Positions 38,153 through 50,500 of a stretch of DNA of 64,000 bases are shown piece by piece. Source of the DNA: Haliotis cracherodii (taxonomy: Eukaryota); NCBI RefSeq assembly GCF_022045235.1, contig NW_027266308.1, forward strand, positions 31,062,001 through 31,126,000, read 5' to 3'. Made by a program: the position numbers and the translations under genes. Position 1 is the stretch's first letter. The number at the start of each line of letters is the position of its first letter. A model generated the notes under the pieces. That model was not told where the DNA came from. It worked only from the letters and a program-made list of their open reading frames with translations, and did not search any database.

Positions 38153-38310
38153 TGAGTGAGTTTGGTTTTACGCCGCTTTTAGCAATATTCCAGCAATATC
38201 ACGGCGGGGGACACCAGAAATGGGCACACATTGTACCCATGTCGGGAATCGAACCCGGGTCTTCGGCGTGACGAGCGAACGCTTTAACCACTAGGCTACC
38301 CGACCGTCCC
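38153..38310 (-). mobile_element. tRNA-derived SINE family 2
   Basis: A box tagcctagtggtt, B box ggttcgattcc, (actc)n tail; TSD tatttcattggg at 38141-38152 and 38311-38322. Confidence 0.9.
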
Positions 38311-38647
38311 TATTTCATTGGGAAAATGGAGTTATTAATGATAAATATATATGAGTGCCGCTTACGGTGCTGTTGTTATACGTTAAAACGGTCATGTATT
38401 TTGATTGTATCCAAATGTCGACTGATTTAACGCGTATAAATACTAAGTTATTTGAAATTGAAATCCATTCATATAAATGTAGTACAATAGATTATTCATG
38501 TTAATGTATATATGTGCTTGTTATAACGGACGGACAAATCTTTGTTGAAAATATGTACATTAGAAATCAATTTGGATCGCAGACCTTCTAGTTTTTTCTT
38601 GAAAAAAACCTAAGCCATTTTGTCTAATTTTCTTATACAGTTTATCA

Positions 38648-38808
38648 GGTTTGTATGTTTGTTTGTTGTTTTACGCCGCACTCAGCAATATTCCAGGTAT
38701 ATGACGGTGGTCTGTAAATAATCGAGTCTGGACTAGACAATCCAGTGATTGACATCATGACCATAGATCCACGCAATTGGGATACGATGACATGCATCAA
38801 CCAAGTCG
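38648..38808 (-). mobile_element. SINE-like family 1, 5'-truncated
   Basis: Body and (aaac)n tail match the 6984 and 25349 copies. Confidence 0.8.
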
Positions 38809-39379
38809 GAAGTGCAAGACTTGCGAGTGTAAGAACGCGAAAAGTTGTCAGCCATTGGAAAGTGTCTGATGGTTTCAAACCAATATTTAAAAGTTTTCCA
38901 TGTGGCCAAAATTATTTCAACTTCCTATCACATGACGTATGTACACTTCAACAATTCAATACTGCCGTCGCAAACATATATCTTGCAACATACACATGTA
39001 CACATAATGTGAGGTGAGGTGAAATTGGGGTTTAACGTCGCGTTCAAGATTATTGCAGTACTGTAGGTTAATGTCATTTTATTTCTCATGGGCTAAATGT
39101 TTTTAATAAGTAAAGTTTTTTAAATTTTTGTGATCACCAGATGTAACTAAGTCCATGTTTGTCGAAATTACTGATGAAATATGTTACAGTGTTAGATCCG
39201 TCTTTAGAAATTCAAGTTTCATGATACTCATTCGTAGAATAGCTGTCGATCTCGAGTATAGTCATGGCAATAACTGACTGTGTCGCCCAAACACAAAGAC
39301 ATATGAAAGTGAAGCATGAAACCTCGAGTTTGGCGAAAAGCACTTTGATAATGATGCAAGTAAGGGTATATAAGTGGCC

Positions 39380-41082
39380 AAATTATTTGCATGCAGACAC
39401 ATGTATGTCATACGGGCCCATTGGACGTCACCTTGGCTATGACTTGGCTTGCCATCAGCAGATGCATAAGAAAACACCGAAGACACCTGAAGTAAAGGAC
39501 CGTCCATAACCAGGGCTACCCCGAAAGACAATTGTACAGGAAGGCAGGACTCCAGCAGGTCTTGTGAGGCGACAACCCTTTGCCACTGGTAAAGCTCTGA
39601 AAGAACAATGGCCTCCCAACAGGCATCTGGCCACCAGAACTGCCCGAAAGCGGCTAAAATAACTTGGGTTGAAGTCACGAAGTGTCATCAGACGTCTCTT
39701 GTTAACTGCTCATCATCAGATACTTTGATTGGCTTGGTGTATAGCTCGACGTCATTGGAATATATGAACGTGGCGACGGATCAATTGGTCTGATGAAAGC
39801 GATTGGTCTTGATGTACGTCACAGGTGCGTATACTCCCAGGGTCATTGTACCAACTGTCCCTTATGGTGGAGGCTCCGTCATGGTGTGGGGAGCAACAAC
39901 TCATGACTGTAAACTGGACATGGTAAACGTACGAGACAATCTCAACGGCGATCGTTACATCAAGGACATCCTCAAGATTCTACTACACCAAATCAGAACC
40001 AGTTTGGACAGTATTCGTAGGAGCCTTCAGTGCAGATCGAGAGATATCTGCAGGCTGTGATTGGAGGATATTCTGTAAGATTTTTATGTCTTTTAAATGT
40101 ACATCCATCCAGTTATTAAAACTAACCATGTTTGTCTATATTTAGTCAACATGATGATTTATGTTGAATGTGACCACAGTCATTTTCAAGTAGGTGACAT
40201 TTGGTGCGAAACTAGGGGTGGTGTGTTTAGCTTCCTGTACTCGGAAAAGGAGCTGGCTAAGCTAGTCATTTTTTTATGTTTTTATTGCTGCTCTCAGGCC
40301 AAACTGTATATAGACGTACAGGTAATAGCTGTTGAATGCTTAGTTATTTAAAAAAATATATAACGTTACTATAGAAGTCTATGGGAAAACATTTGGTTGT
40401 GTGTAACCTCAATCCACATTTTGACAACCAGGCACTTCCATGTCGACCTGTGTTTATGGTAGACAACGCTACATCTCATCGTTCTCGTGCTTTGACTGCA
40501 TTTCTGCAAGGACACGCCATTGACACTTTGCCTTGGTCCGCTATGAGCCCCTGATGAATCCATTGGAACATGTTTGGGACATTCTTGGACGTCGGCTGCA
40601 GGCAGTGGATCCACCAGTGCAGAATGTGGCAGCTTTAGAGGCTGCATTGTATCAGGAGTGGAAGCAGTTACTTCTTGATCGTTTCAGATGACGCAATGGA
40701 GGACTAGGGAGAAGGGTGGAATCTGTCATCCAGGCACAGGGCGGTAACACTCGTTAGTGTTTCAGGATTCTGATTATGTTTGTAAGATAACGATGAACGC
40801 TTTTGGACAGTAATGGTCGTTCATACCTGATCATGGAACTTCCCAGATTCATAGTTTTCGTGGTTATCAATTTTGCTCAGTTACATTACTATCGCAACTG
40901 TGTTATTGAGGCAATGAAAATATTGAACATTTGTATCATTCTCTGTGTTTTCAGTAGTCAATAGTCTCGTCTTACACAAGACATTTAATTCTCCACCATA
41001 GCTCAGGCTTGACGTGAATGATGCCTTATTAAAAAAAACACAAAAAAAACAGGGTGGTGCCTAATTAATTTGTAGGTGTATA
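39380..41082 (+). mobile_element. Degenerate Tc1-like transposon remnant
   Basis: Broken frames contain WSDES, TVPYGGGSVMVWG, LNGDRYIKDIL, LPWSAMSPD and QAQGGNTR; interrupted around 39980-40400. Confidence 0.75.
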
Positions 41083-42474
41083 TGTAATCTATGTATGTTT
41101 ACACTTTTCAAATAGGTGGTCATTAAACAATCACTTATATAAAAGGAAAGATAATTTAGATGATTTCCCTGAGAATATTTTGCCCCAAAACATATCATTC
41201 TCGTTTTAACTATGTTTGATAGATGGAATCTTTCATAGCGAAGATATTGTCAAATCGTCATACTTCGCATCCGTAGAGAAGATCTGGTAAAACCATACTT
41301 TCAGAAAACCGCAATTGACATTTTAGTGATAAATTTAATGTCCGTCCTTGGTAAAAAACATAGAACATAGCTATTAACTTAAACCCCCAATGTGTACAAT
41401 AGCAATGAAATGAGCCCAACAGCTGTTGTAGATCATGAGCATTTGTGGCTCATGACATTGCATCATATTCATGCAATAATACAAATATTGTGATAATATT
41501 TTCGATTCGATGATAGAATTCGTCTGGTTTCAATTAGACATCTGTACACGAATCGTGTGCCGCTTCGAGATTATTATAAAATATTGCAAACAGGAAAGGC
41601 GACAACTCCTTGTCTAATACCAGATTTACATGGAAAAAAAGAGTTCTTATTGGTTAAATTGTCATTGCGGGAAACACATGATTTGATATTCTGGTACATG
41701 GCCTGTTTTGTTTGTTTGTTTTTTGTGTGTGTTTTGTTATAACAAGAAAAAGAAAATTGCTTGGTTAGAAAACCGAAAGTATTTAAATATTTTCGTCATT
41801 TCACGGCCAAAAACTAGTTTTACCAGTGGCCTTCTATTGTTGGTAAAAGAACACGGGCATTGTTAGTCTTACCTTCAACGAAGAAACGAGCGGAGGCTAA
41901 AATGTAGAGTCTCCAAAAGCACCAAAGTAATGTATAAAGTGTTGAAAAGTGACCGTGTGGGCTGAAATACGTCTTTTTTCCTTCCTGTCTGTAGAGACAA
42001 TGATGTGACGTCATAGATATGTCTATACGAAGGATGTGACGTCATAGACAGATCTCCACGACAGCATTGATATGCTGGTTCTGGGATTTCTCTGCGTGGC
42101 GTCAACTAGTGACACGAAGAGACGGAACGCAGCTTACAACATTGCGGTCACAAACGGACAAAATAAAATACACACAGAAAGAAATACTTTATTATAAATT
42201 GGGATCTGTTGGCTACAATGTGTGACTGTTAAGAACTGTCGTCATATCTGGACGGCGTTTGATAATCTGTTAATAATAAGTTTACAAATATTGCTTTTCA
42301 AGTCATCACCGTGTATTTCGAAGACATTTTCAAATTGTAACTGCTCGTAAATTATTTATTTGCTAGTATTTTGTTTCCGAGATAGAAACAATATTTATAA
42401 ACACATTTGTATTCACCTATATTTCTTTAAAAAAAACATATTGACGTTATGACTACTGTGAATATTGTGTATTG

Positions 42475-45400
42475 TCAGTGCTGACTGCCCATTGTCTCCT
42501 TTGTAATGGTGAAGTTCATGCTTTTCCGGTCATACACCTTGCTGTGGGGATGCTCACTGAAACACTCGCCATTACACACAGCTGCAACAGAAGAAACACG
42601 GAGCTTTACTGCATCAAGATAATTTAAAGTTAAGAGATTCTAAACAACGGATTTACTTTTATATCAATGCAATTTGTAAATAGGTTTTAACAAATAAATA
42701 CTCTCTGTAATCTTTATCAAGCATCCTCATACATACATTCCACACTGATTACATATCCCCAGTGAACCACCGATTAAAGGTAGCAATTGACGGCTCACCC
42801 CTAGCGCTGCTTGATGTCTAAAGAAGGCTTACATCATCAGTTTTAACGTCGCCTGGGTTTTTTATCATCGTTTTGCAAGATTAATTAATTGTGTTTTTGT
42901 GTTGTTTGTTGTTTAACGCCGCACTCAACAATATTCCACCTTTTTGAGGGTGGTCAGTAAATAATATAGTCAGACTATACAAACCGGTGATTGACATCAT
43001 GAGCATCGATCCACGCAATTGGGATACGATGATATGCATCAAGCAAGTCGGCGAGTCTGACCACCCGATCCCGTTAGTCGCCTCTTACGACAACATAGTC
43101 GCTTTTTAGGGCAAGGGGCATTCCAATGTGGCGTAGTAAGGTCACGCGTTACTTTAGGTCTGCCAGCCTTCCTTCTACGGTGTATACTTACACACTGTGA
43201 GTGTATAGTTGCCGTGTTTCCAGGTCTCACACTTCTGTTGCTGGGGGTGGCAGTCGGGGGACTTCTCAGCCGAAAGCTTCAAGGCTGTGGGGTAGAACCC
43301 CGGGGGTTGCTTCTGTATCAGCAAACTGCTCGCTACATACACAGATGTGATAATAATAGTATTATAGGACCAAGAGGGAGTGGATCTATCCTTTTTTTAA
43401 ACACAACCCACATTAAAACCTGACAATATAAAGTACACGCCAAAAAAACCCATTTACTATGCACTTGTTTTCGAAATTGGGCTCCGATTCACAAAGCGAT
43501 CTTTCCCCTACGACTGTCGTATCTTCCATGCTTTAACATGAGACTCACTGTCGTCGTTTTGCTACGTCGCTTTGTCGAAAGGTACACTGGTCCAGAGGTG
43601 CTCTGTGTCTGCAGTTTTAAGGGAGGTAAAAGGTAGCACAGTTGCGTCCCTAAACCGTATCAGGACTTGATTATAGTGGGTTCGAATCTAAGATTCACCC
43701 TCTGTATATTTCTTGGTTTGTCGGCCCCATACCCATGGTCGTGGGTTTCACCAAAATATAGTTAACGCCCAGGGCCCCGTTCATCAAAGCGATCTTAGCA
43801 CTAAGGTGATCGTAAGCCCCATAGTTTAACATAGGGTTTCGATCATCGTAGCGCTAAGATCGCTTTGAGGAACGGGGCCCAGAGCTGCGTCCCTTTCTGC
43901 TTTCCTATCACATAATGCTTACATTTAACAGGTTGACAAATTAAAATTGGTCTTCATCATGATTAGAAAATAGCACTGGTCAATTAGCATTGGTAGCATT
44001 TTCTGAAGGTTTGTTGTGTATGAATGTATGCAACTAATCCGGGCTCAGATGGACCAGGGAAACTCACACACGGGGAACTTATCCACAGTCGTGATGTTGA
44101 TGTTGATTTGTCCTGTGCCGGTGCCGTTCGTTGAATTGTACGTGAAGCTTATAGTGCGATCACCTGTTCATAAAACAGTAAGTTAAATGTCCCGATTAAA
44201 AACGCATGATTGTTACCTAATATATTGGCCCTTAGGTGTTATACATTTCACTTTATTTCGAAGGACAATGATGAAAAACGTTGTCGTTGTAATTCAATAG
44301 TGACGAATCTCGGCCATTTTGATATCCAAAATGACCGACAACATGTCTGATGAAATCCATGGCATCACTGGATGTTGAACTTAGAGGTCTAGATGAGCAC
44401 AAAAAATCCTACGCCAAAACGTCTGTTGCTGTATAATAGACGAAATGAGTATGGGCGAAGAGGGACAGAGGTACCTGGGGGTCCTTTCAGTGGAAGGATG
44501 TTAAGCTCTGTCAAGGTCGCATCTCCCTGGTCGAAGATTGGACACATTTTCGTCAATTCGCAGAAGTAAATGGGATCTAAGTCAGCCCTGTTAAGGGATG
44601 CAAATATGTCAGATGCAAGCAAGGATTAATGAAAATTGAATTTATGGTTCTGAATATTTTGATCATTATCATCCATCAGTCTAACTACTTCTTGGAATGA
44701 ACTCATCTGTTCAGCGTGATTGATGACATATATATTGATAGAAAAGTGTAACAGTATAGGCATTATAATTATCTGATGAAACGATTTACCGGGCTTACAA
44801 GAAACTCGAATGCTCACATCTTAGATGTGATATAAGAAAGTGTATGTCATACACGAGGTTCCATTTTGACGTAAATATATCATATATTTCTTAGTAGTAT
44901 ACTAACTTTGTGATAAACTTGACGAAGTCGTCAATGCCGACGACGTCACACAGGATGTTACACACGGCGCCTATAGCCTGGCTTCCTGTCTTTTGCTCAA
45001 CGATAGAGCAGAGAACCCCACAAGAGTCCAGAATACCAATATCTGAAGCATAAAGGGAAGAAACCCGATATTTAGCAGGGTAAGTTCATATACGGACTGA
45101 AAGAGACTAAAGTCATTTGTTAGATGTTCTTATCGCAAATACCAATTGTAAAATGGTCTGCGTAACGACCAAAAAGGTGCTTCTTAGGGTCTTGGGTTTG
45201 GATTTCAGATGTATCACTCCTGAACACAAAAGTGGAAATAACTCGTTGTGGCTACGTCAGTTTGATTTAACGCCTTCTATCAGTCAGTTATTTCACGTCG
45301 TATCAGTTAAATGGATGGGAAGCCCAAAGCGACACCGGCAGTTATCACTCCGTTGAAAGCTAAGTGTACAGACACGGGTGTAGTTATTTTGTCCTTTGAA

Positions 45401-46102
45401 TACATGCACAGAGGTATGTAATCTTGGCTATTACAATACTATACATCAGGGCAAATAAGAAACTGACCGTGAATGTGTTTTTTGGTATTACACGGCGGGG
45501 ATCGAACCCCCGACCTTCCGTCCTCCGGGCGGACGCTCTATCCCCTAGACCACAGAGGCGGTCGGGAAATATCTATAAATAATCTATATACACATTTGAT
45601 AGACTTACTGAGAAGGATATCCATCATGATATCAATGGTTTCCTCCGTGAAGCTGACGCATGTCGGGCAAAGGTCAAGGTCAACCTTCTCTTGAGGTTGA
45701 GGCATCTTCAGAACAGTCATCCTGGTCTTCTTCAGTTTCTGCTGCTTGTGGGCGGTCAGGGTCGACACCCGCAGCCCAGAAGCGGCCAACACCACACAAC
45801 TTAACAATACCAGTACCTGTATACAAACATGCACACATTGATAGTTCCGAGTTGTAAAATATATAAATGTGTCAAGATGGATGGATTACATGCTTGCATG
45901 GTCGACATGAGTGAGTGAGTTGGGTTGGTTTAACGCCGTTTTGAACAGTTTATTTCATGCATCATTGAGGGGTGCACTCCATGTAGTTTGACATAAGGGA
46001 TACAATGATGGAAAGCACTTGTTATTTTCATAATTATGTACAATGCATAATGCAATTAACTGTAGAAATAATAAACAATGATACACCCACCTTCATCTTC
46101 AT
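42475..46102 (-). CDS. Countin-like saposin-B domain secreted protein, paralog D (270 aa)
   Basis: Exons 46091-46102, 45609-45816, 44907-45042, 44475-44587, 44068-44163, 43192-43332 and 42475-42581 give 813 nt, open. MKMKVLVLLSCVVLAASG signal peptide; CPTC..CGVLC..CNILC..DLDPIYFCELTKMC..VCNGECFSEHPHSKVYD. Confidence 0.92.
42895..43110 (-). mobile_element. SINE-like family 1 lacking the pseudoknot, with the duplicated hairpin
   Basis: Reverse complement reads ...aaaaagcgactatgttgtcgtaagaggcgactaacgggatcgggtggtcag, followed by the family body and tail. Confidence 0.8.
43773..43879. mobile_element. PIF/Harbinger-type palindromic MITE
   Basis: ggccccgttc.tcaaagcgatcttagc / gctaagatcgctttgaggaacggggcc with a 3-bp CAG TSD at 43770-43772 and 43880-43882; inserted in a family-4 SINE remnant. 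Confidence 0.75.
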
Positions 46103-46641
46103 TAACGCTATGGGATGCTGTGGCCTTTGATACAGCTATTCTGGAGATAAAAACATGGAGGCTGAATGTTGTTGTCGAGACGTCCAAAGTCTGACAGTAT
46201 CACTGATAGTACTTATAACTAATCAACTTGTTGTCTTTTCTGCATTTGTAAACAGAAGGCTTATCTATATAGCGTATCTCAGTTTGCATAGTGAGAGGTA
46301 AAATTAATGAATAAGTCATTAAACTTCTTGTTTCTCCATGTTTCGTCCTGTCTAATACCGTGATATTTTTACATGAGTACATTAAGGGATCACTTGATCT
46401 GAATTAATATCAATATGTATAAGACTATGTATCTGTATTAATCACGCAGATGGTAATAATAAGAGGGTTGTTAAAACTCTATGTGAAGCACTTGTGTAAA
46501 AGTAAGTTTCAAACTCTCAAAGGCAGACATTTTTGTTTGGCGTGAGATAACTGACTTCACTCTAGATGGTGACGTCACACTCTAATATTAAATACATTGA
46601 CACAATGTACATACTGTTCACGACCAGGTTCCTTCCATAAA

Positions 46642-46801
46642 TGAGTGAGTATGGTTTTACGCCGCTTTTAGCAATATTCCAGCAATATCACGGCGGGGGA
46701 CACCAGAAATGGGCTTCACTTATTGTACCCATGTCGGGAATCGAACCCGGGCATTCGGCGTGACGAGCGAACGCTTTAACCACTAGGCTATCCGACCGCC
46801 C
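46642..46801 (-). mobile_element. tRNA-derived SINE family 2
   Basis: Near-identical to the 38153 copy; TSD ttccttccataaa at 46629-46641 and 46802-46814. Confidence 0.9.
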
Positions 46802-47517
46802 TTCCTTCCATAAAGGAGTTTGGTTATTCGCATCACGGGAAATACAAAACATCTGACACTGGCATTGTAAAATTGGTGTGGTACACACATTACTTTAAAC
46901 CTATCTTTATCATTCATCTAAAATATCTATAGAATAAGCCTCTGTTGTATACACACACACTACTTGTAACAATCTATGCATTTGTCGGTGATGGAAACTG
47001 CTTGACAATAGAAAATAACACCCATTTATGGTGGCTAAAAATGAAACAAACAAGAAATGGTTGTTCAGTGTTATTATAGTTTCAGCATTTAGGCGATCGT
47101 TTTCAGTCTAGTAACGTGTAGATAACTTTTATAATTTGTATGTCAAACTTAATTTTCAAGTTTTTACTTGGTTTATTTATGACAAGGCCTGTCATTTATC
47201 AGCACCAGAGTTACATGTAAATAAGCAGGTAACATTTTGTATGGCATATTACGTTCAAATGGTATAAAATCAAATTAGTCTATTATTACTATCAAATCAA
47301 ATCCGGGAAAAAATGGTTTTTTTGAAGCTAGGAGCCCTGAACGCTCACGTTAGTGCATCACATGACCGGCGTACGAATCACATGACCATTGATCACCAAG
47401 GTGCTCCTATTTGCATAAACTTGTTTTGCAATGGCGGCGAAATGTTGATACTCGGAAACTCATAGCGCACCGTGATTTACTGGCCACAAAAAACAACAAA
47501 TCTGGAGTTGTGCAAAA

Positions 47518-50500
47518 ATGGCAGCATCGGGGCCATATAGATTAGACTTGGAACAACAAAAGAGGAATGTTTTCGTGACACAATTAAATGACAGGTGAGA
47601 GGAAGCGATCAATGTTTGATGAAGCTACACTGTTGTAATTAAGGTCACTTTGTTCTACATGGAGGATCTATCGACAGGTCCATGCAAGCGTGACGATAGT
47701 GATATTACCTGTGATTTAGATTGTACTCGGGGGGATTTTGTCGTGTACATTATTTATTCTATTGATAAAACTTTCCTATTGCCGTGTGTTTAAGAAGCGA
47801 GGATAAAAACACTCTTCTAAACGTTGATTATTCTGAAATCACACTTCAGCTCTTTTTATTTCTGTCTGTTCCTTAATTATGTTTCATATAATTAATAAAA
47901 TCCGTTTCTATTTAGATTATTAAGTCTTTTAAATTACACGCTCAACAGTTATTGATTATTTGTTTGTCTCTCAATTCTATAAGCATATATCATGATATAT
48001 GTGGAGACAGAAATATTCTTTAATGGTATTGTGAGTGGCACACTTTAACTTAAAACAAGTTTAAAGGGAAATACAAACTTAATACATGTATACACATTCA
48101 TAGAACACCTTATTCACTATCAGCTCTTGCCTTTTGTTTCTCGACAAAGAAACATGTTTGCTGCAAATTTAACTCTTTGACTCAAATGTTTTTGTTTATA
48201 AATGTTCCTGTGCTGGGTTTCTGTTTGATAGATCATGCCACATGTTAAGCTGTTTTCTAAAAATAAAGAGTATGGAGAATTCAATTAACTCGTACATTGA
48301 ATCAGGTCAAAACTATTGTTGTAATATTTTCAAAGAAATGTTGACATGTTGATGTTCTCATTCTATTTCCATACTGAATGCTCCTAAAATGTGATTTTAT
48401 GAAAACACTGTATATGAACTGGTAAAGTTTTCTGCATTATGGATATTGAACAAGGTAGAGATAAAAGGCTAAATTGATTATCTGTATGTGTGTATCCATA
48501 TTACTTTCAGAGATGATGAAGATGAGATTTCTGCATTCCCTGTGGTCAAGGAATCCGGGGACAAACTTATCGAGACTGGTATCAACACTTTGCAGAAAAC
48601 CCTTCTCCTCAAGAAAGATGTGGAGGTAGAGAAGGTCCAGGCCGACCTTGAAGAGAAGCGGTATGAGTTCAAGAAACGGATGGAAGCCTGCTCACAGAGA
48701 CAGATACATGTCCAGAAAAAACAACAACAGGTTAGTATACTATTGTATTATGTAGAATTATGTAAGTTTTTTATTTTGTATCATATCAGTTCAAAATTGA
48801 ATGAAAATTTTATAAAAATTAGAGCAATTTACAATGTATATTAAATGTTTTTTTCACCCTGTATCTTTAGGAGTGTTCAAAATAAAGCAATAAAGAAGGC
48901 CAAGTTTAGAGATTTAAGGGGCCCCTAGATTCAAATACTTTTGACCCCCTCAAAGAGCAAGTAAAGTAAAAAAAAATTATTGCCATTTTGTTGTGAATTA
49001 ATTTTCCTAGATGCATTTAGTTAATTTCCAAGAGAGAAAAAATAATAATATTTGTAGAAAGCATTTAAGTGTCCAAGTTCAAGTGCTGAAATCACGCACT
49101 CCGTAATCAGCTTCCAAAAAAAATCTATTTGGGTGTGTGACCTAAAACTACAAGCACAGCGGTGACAGCTGTTTTCATTAACTGATATGTGCACGGTGTT
49201 TATCTATTTGTGATTTTTAGACATTATACATTTACTGTTTCGGCTATTTCTGTTAATCCTACAATAATAAGAGCATAGTTGAATGTGTGAAACGACCTTT
49301 GATCTTGACATTGTGAATAATCAAAATAACAATTAACAATTGGTAACTAGCATTTTATTACTAACATCCTGTTTGGGTAATAAACCAACAGCTGCCCACA
49401 GTCCTAGTCCACATTAAATCCCCAGAGAAAACAAATGAAGGCATCTTCAATGTTGTTACTAAGGCAACATAACTTATGGGCATGGTAATGAAATGGATGA
49501 GCAGACAGAGGCAGAAGCAGGCAGACTGGGCATCAGCCCGATCATCATGATCGTGATACTGCACAGCGCAACAAACATCGGGAACCCGTTTTAACCCCAG
49601 CAAGTGGAATCCCCGCAGTGGCGGAATGTTTTGTTTGGGGGACGATTTCACCTTTCGTTTTTAATTGTCTCTTCTACATTATTTCTGTTAGTCAAATTTA
49701 ATTAATTTTGGTCAAGCATATTTTATTAAGTATGCCCTTAAGTATTAAAATCTGCAAAGTTGCTGTGTTGACTTTACTTCCCCTTTAAGTTACAAAACTG
49801 TTTAGGGAAATGTGAATCTTTATAATTTATTGGAGACTGAAAATCCATGGTTAATGAAAAAGATATAATATGACCATAGTAAAGTATCCCCTACTAGACA
49901 ATACAGTTATCTTCAGTAAGGAAATGACTATTTGCATTTCATGTGTTGCTAATAAATAGCTGTGTGACTCTTTCATTTGATCGTTTTGTTCAGATGAAAG
50001 ACAGAGTTTCTAAATTTGAAAAGTTTATCCAAGAAAATGAAGCCAAAAGAAGAAGAGCATTACAAAAATATCAGCAGGAAGTCCGGTTACGAATACAGAA
50101 GACGTCAGAATTTGACCTGCTTCTAAAGCAGTTGGAAGACCTGAAAGCAAGGTTTGTGCACTGGTTTACATTCAGTCAGCTAGTAACTGTTATCCAGGAG
50201 GATGGATCTTGTCTAGTGACTCACTAAGAGACTGAGACAACCTTCATGGTCTAGGGGTAGAGTGTCCGCCTGGAGAGTGGAGGATCCAGGGTTCAATCTC
50301 CAAACACGTTATACCAAAAGACGTTAAAAGATGGTACTTGTTGTTACCCTGTCTGGTGGCTAAAAGGGGCTAAAACAAAGACCGGTCGGCTCAGAGTCAG
50401 TATACTCCGCCTGAGTGGGGTATTCATGTTTAACCATGGCATGGAATCTCAGTGGGATAGCACTATGATAGCACCACACACACACACACACACAGAGGTT

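Noticed and set aside
38153-38310. tRNA genes at SINE heads (also 46642, 54871, 11361, 18713)
   Set aside because: A and B boxes are present, but there is no acceptor stem, and each is followed by a SINE body and simple-repeat tail, usually with TSDs.
48060-49788. ttaaaggg...ccctttaa as one Kolobok-like element
   Set aside because: The match is short and would enclose conserved exon 2 of the coiled-coil gene; more likely separate remnants or chance.
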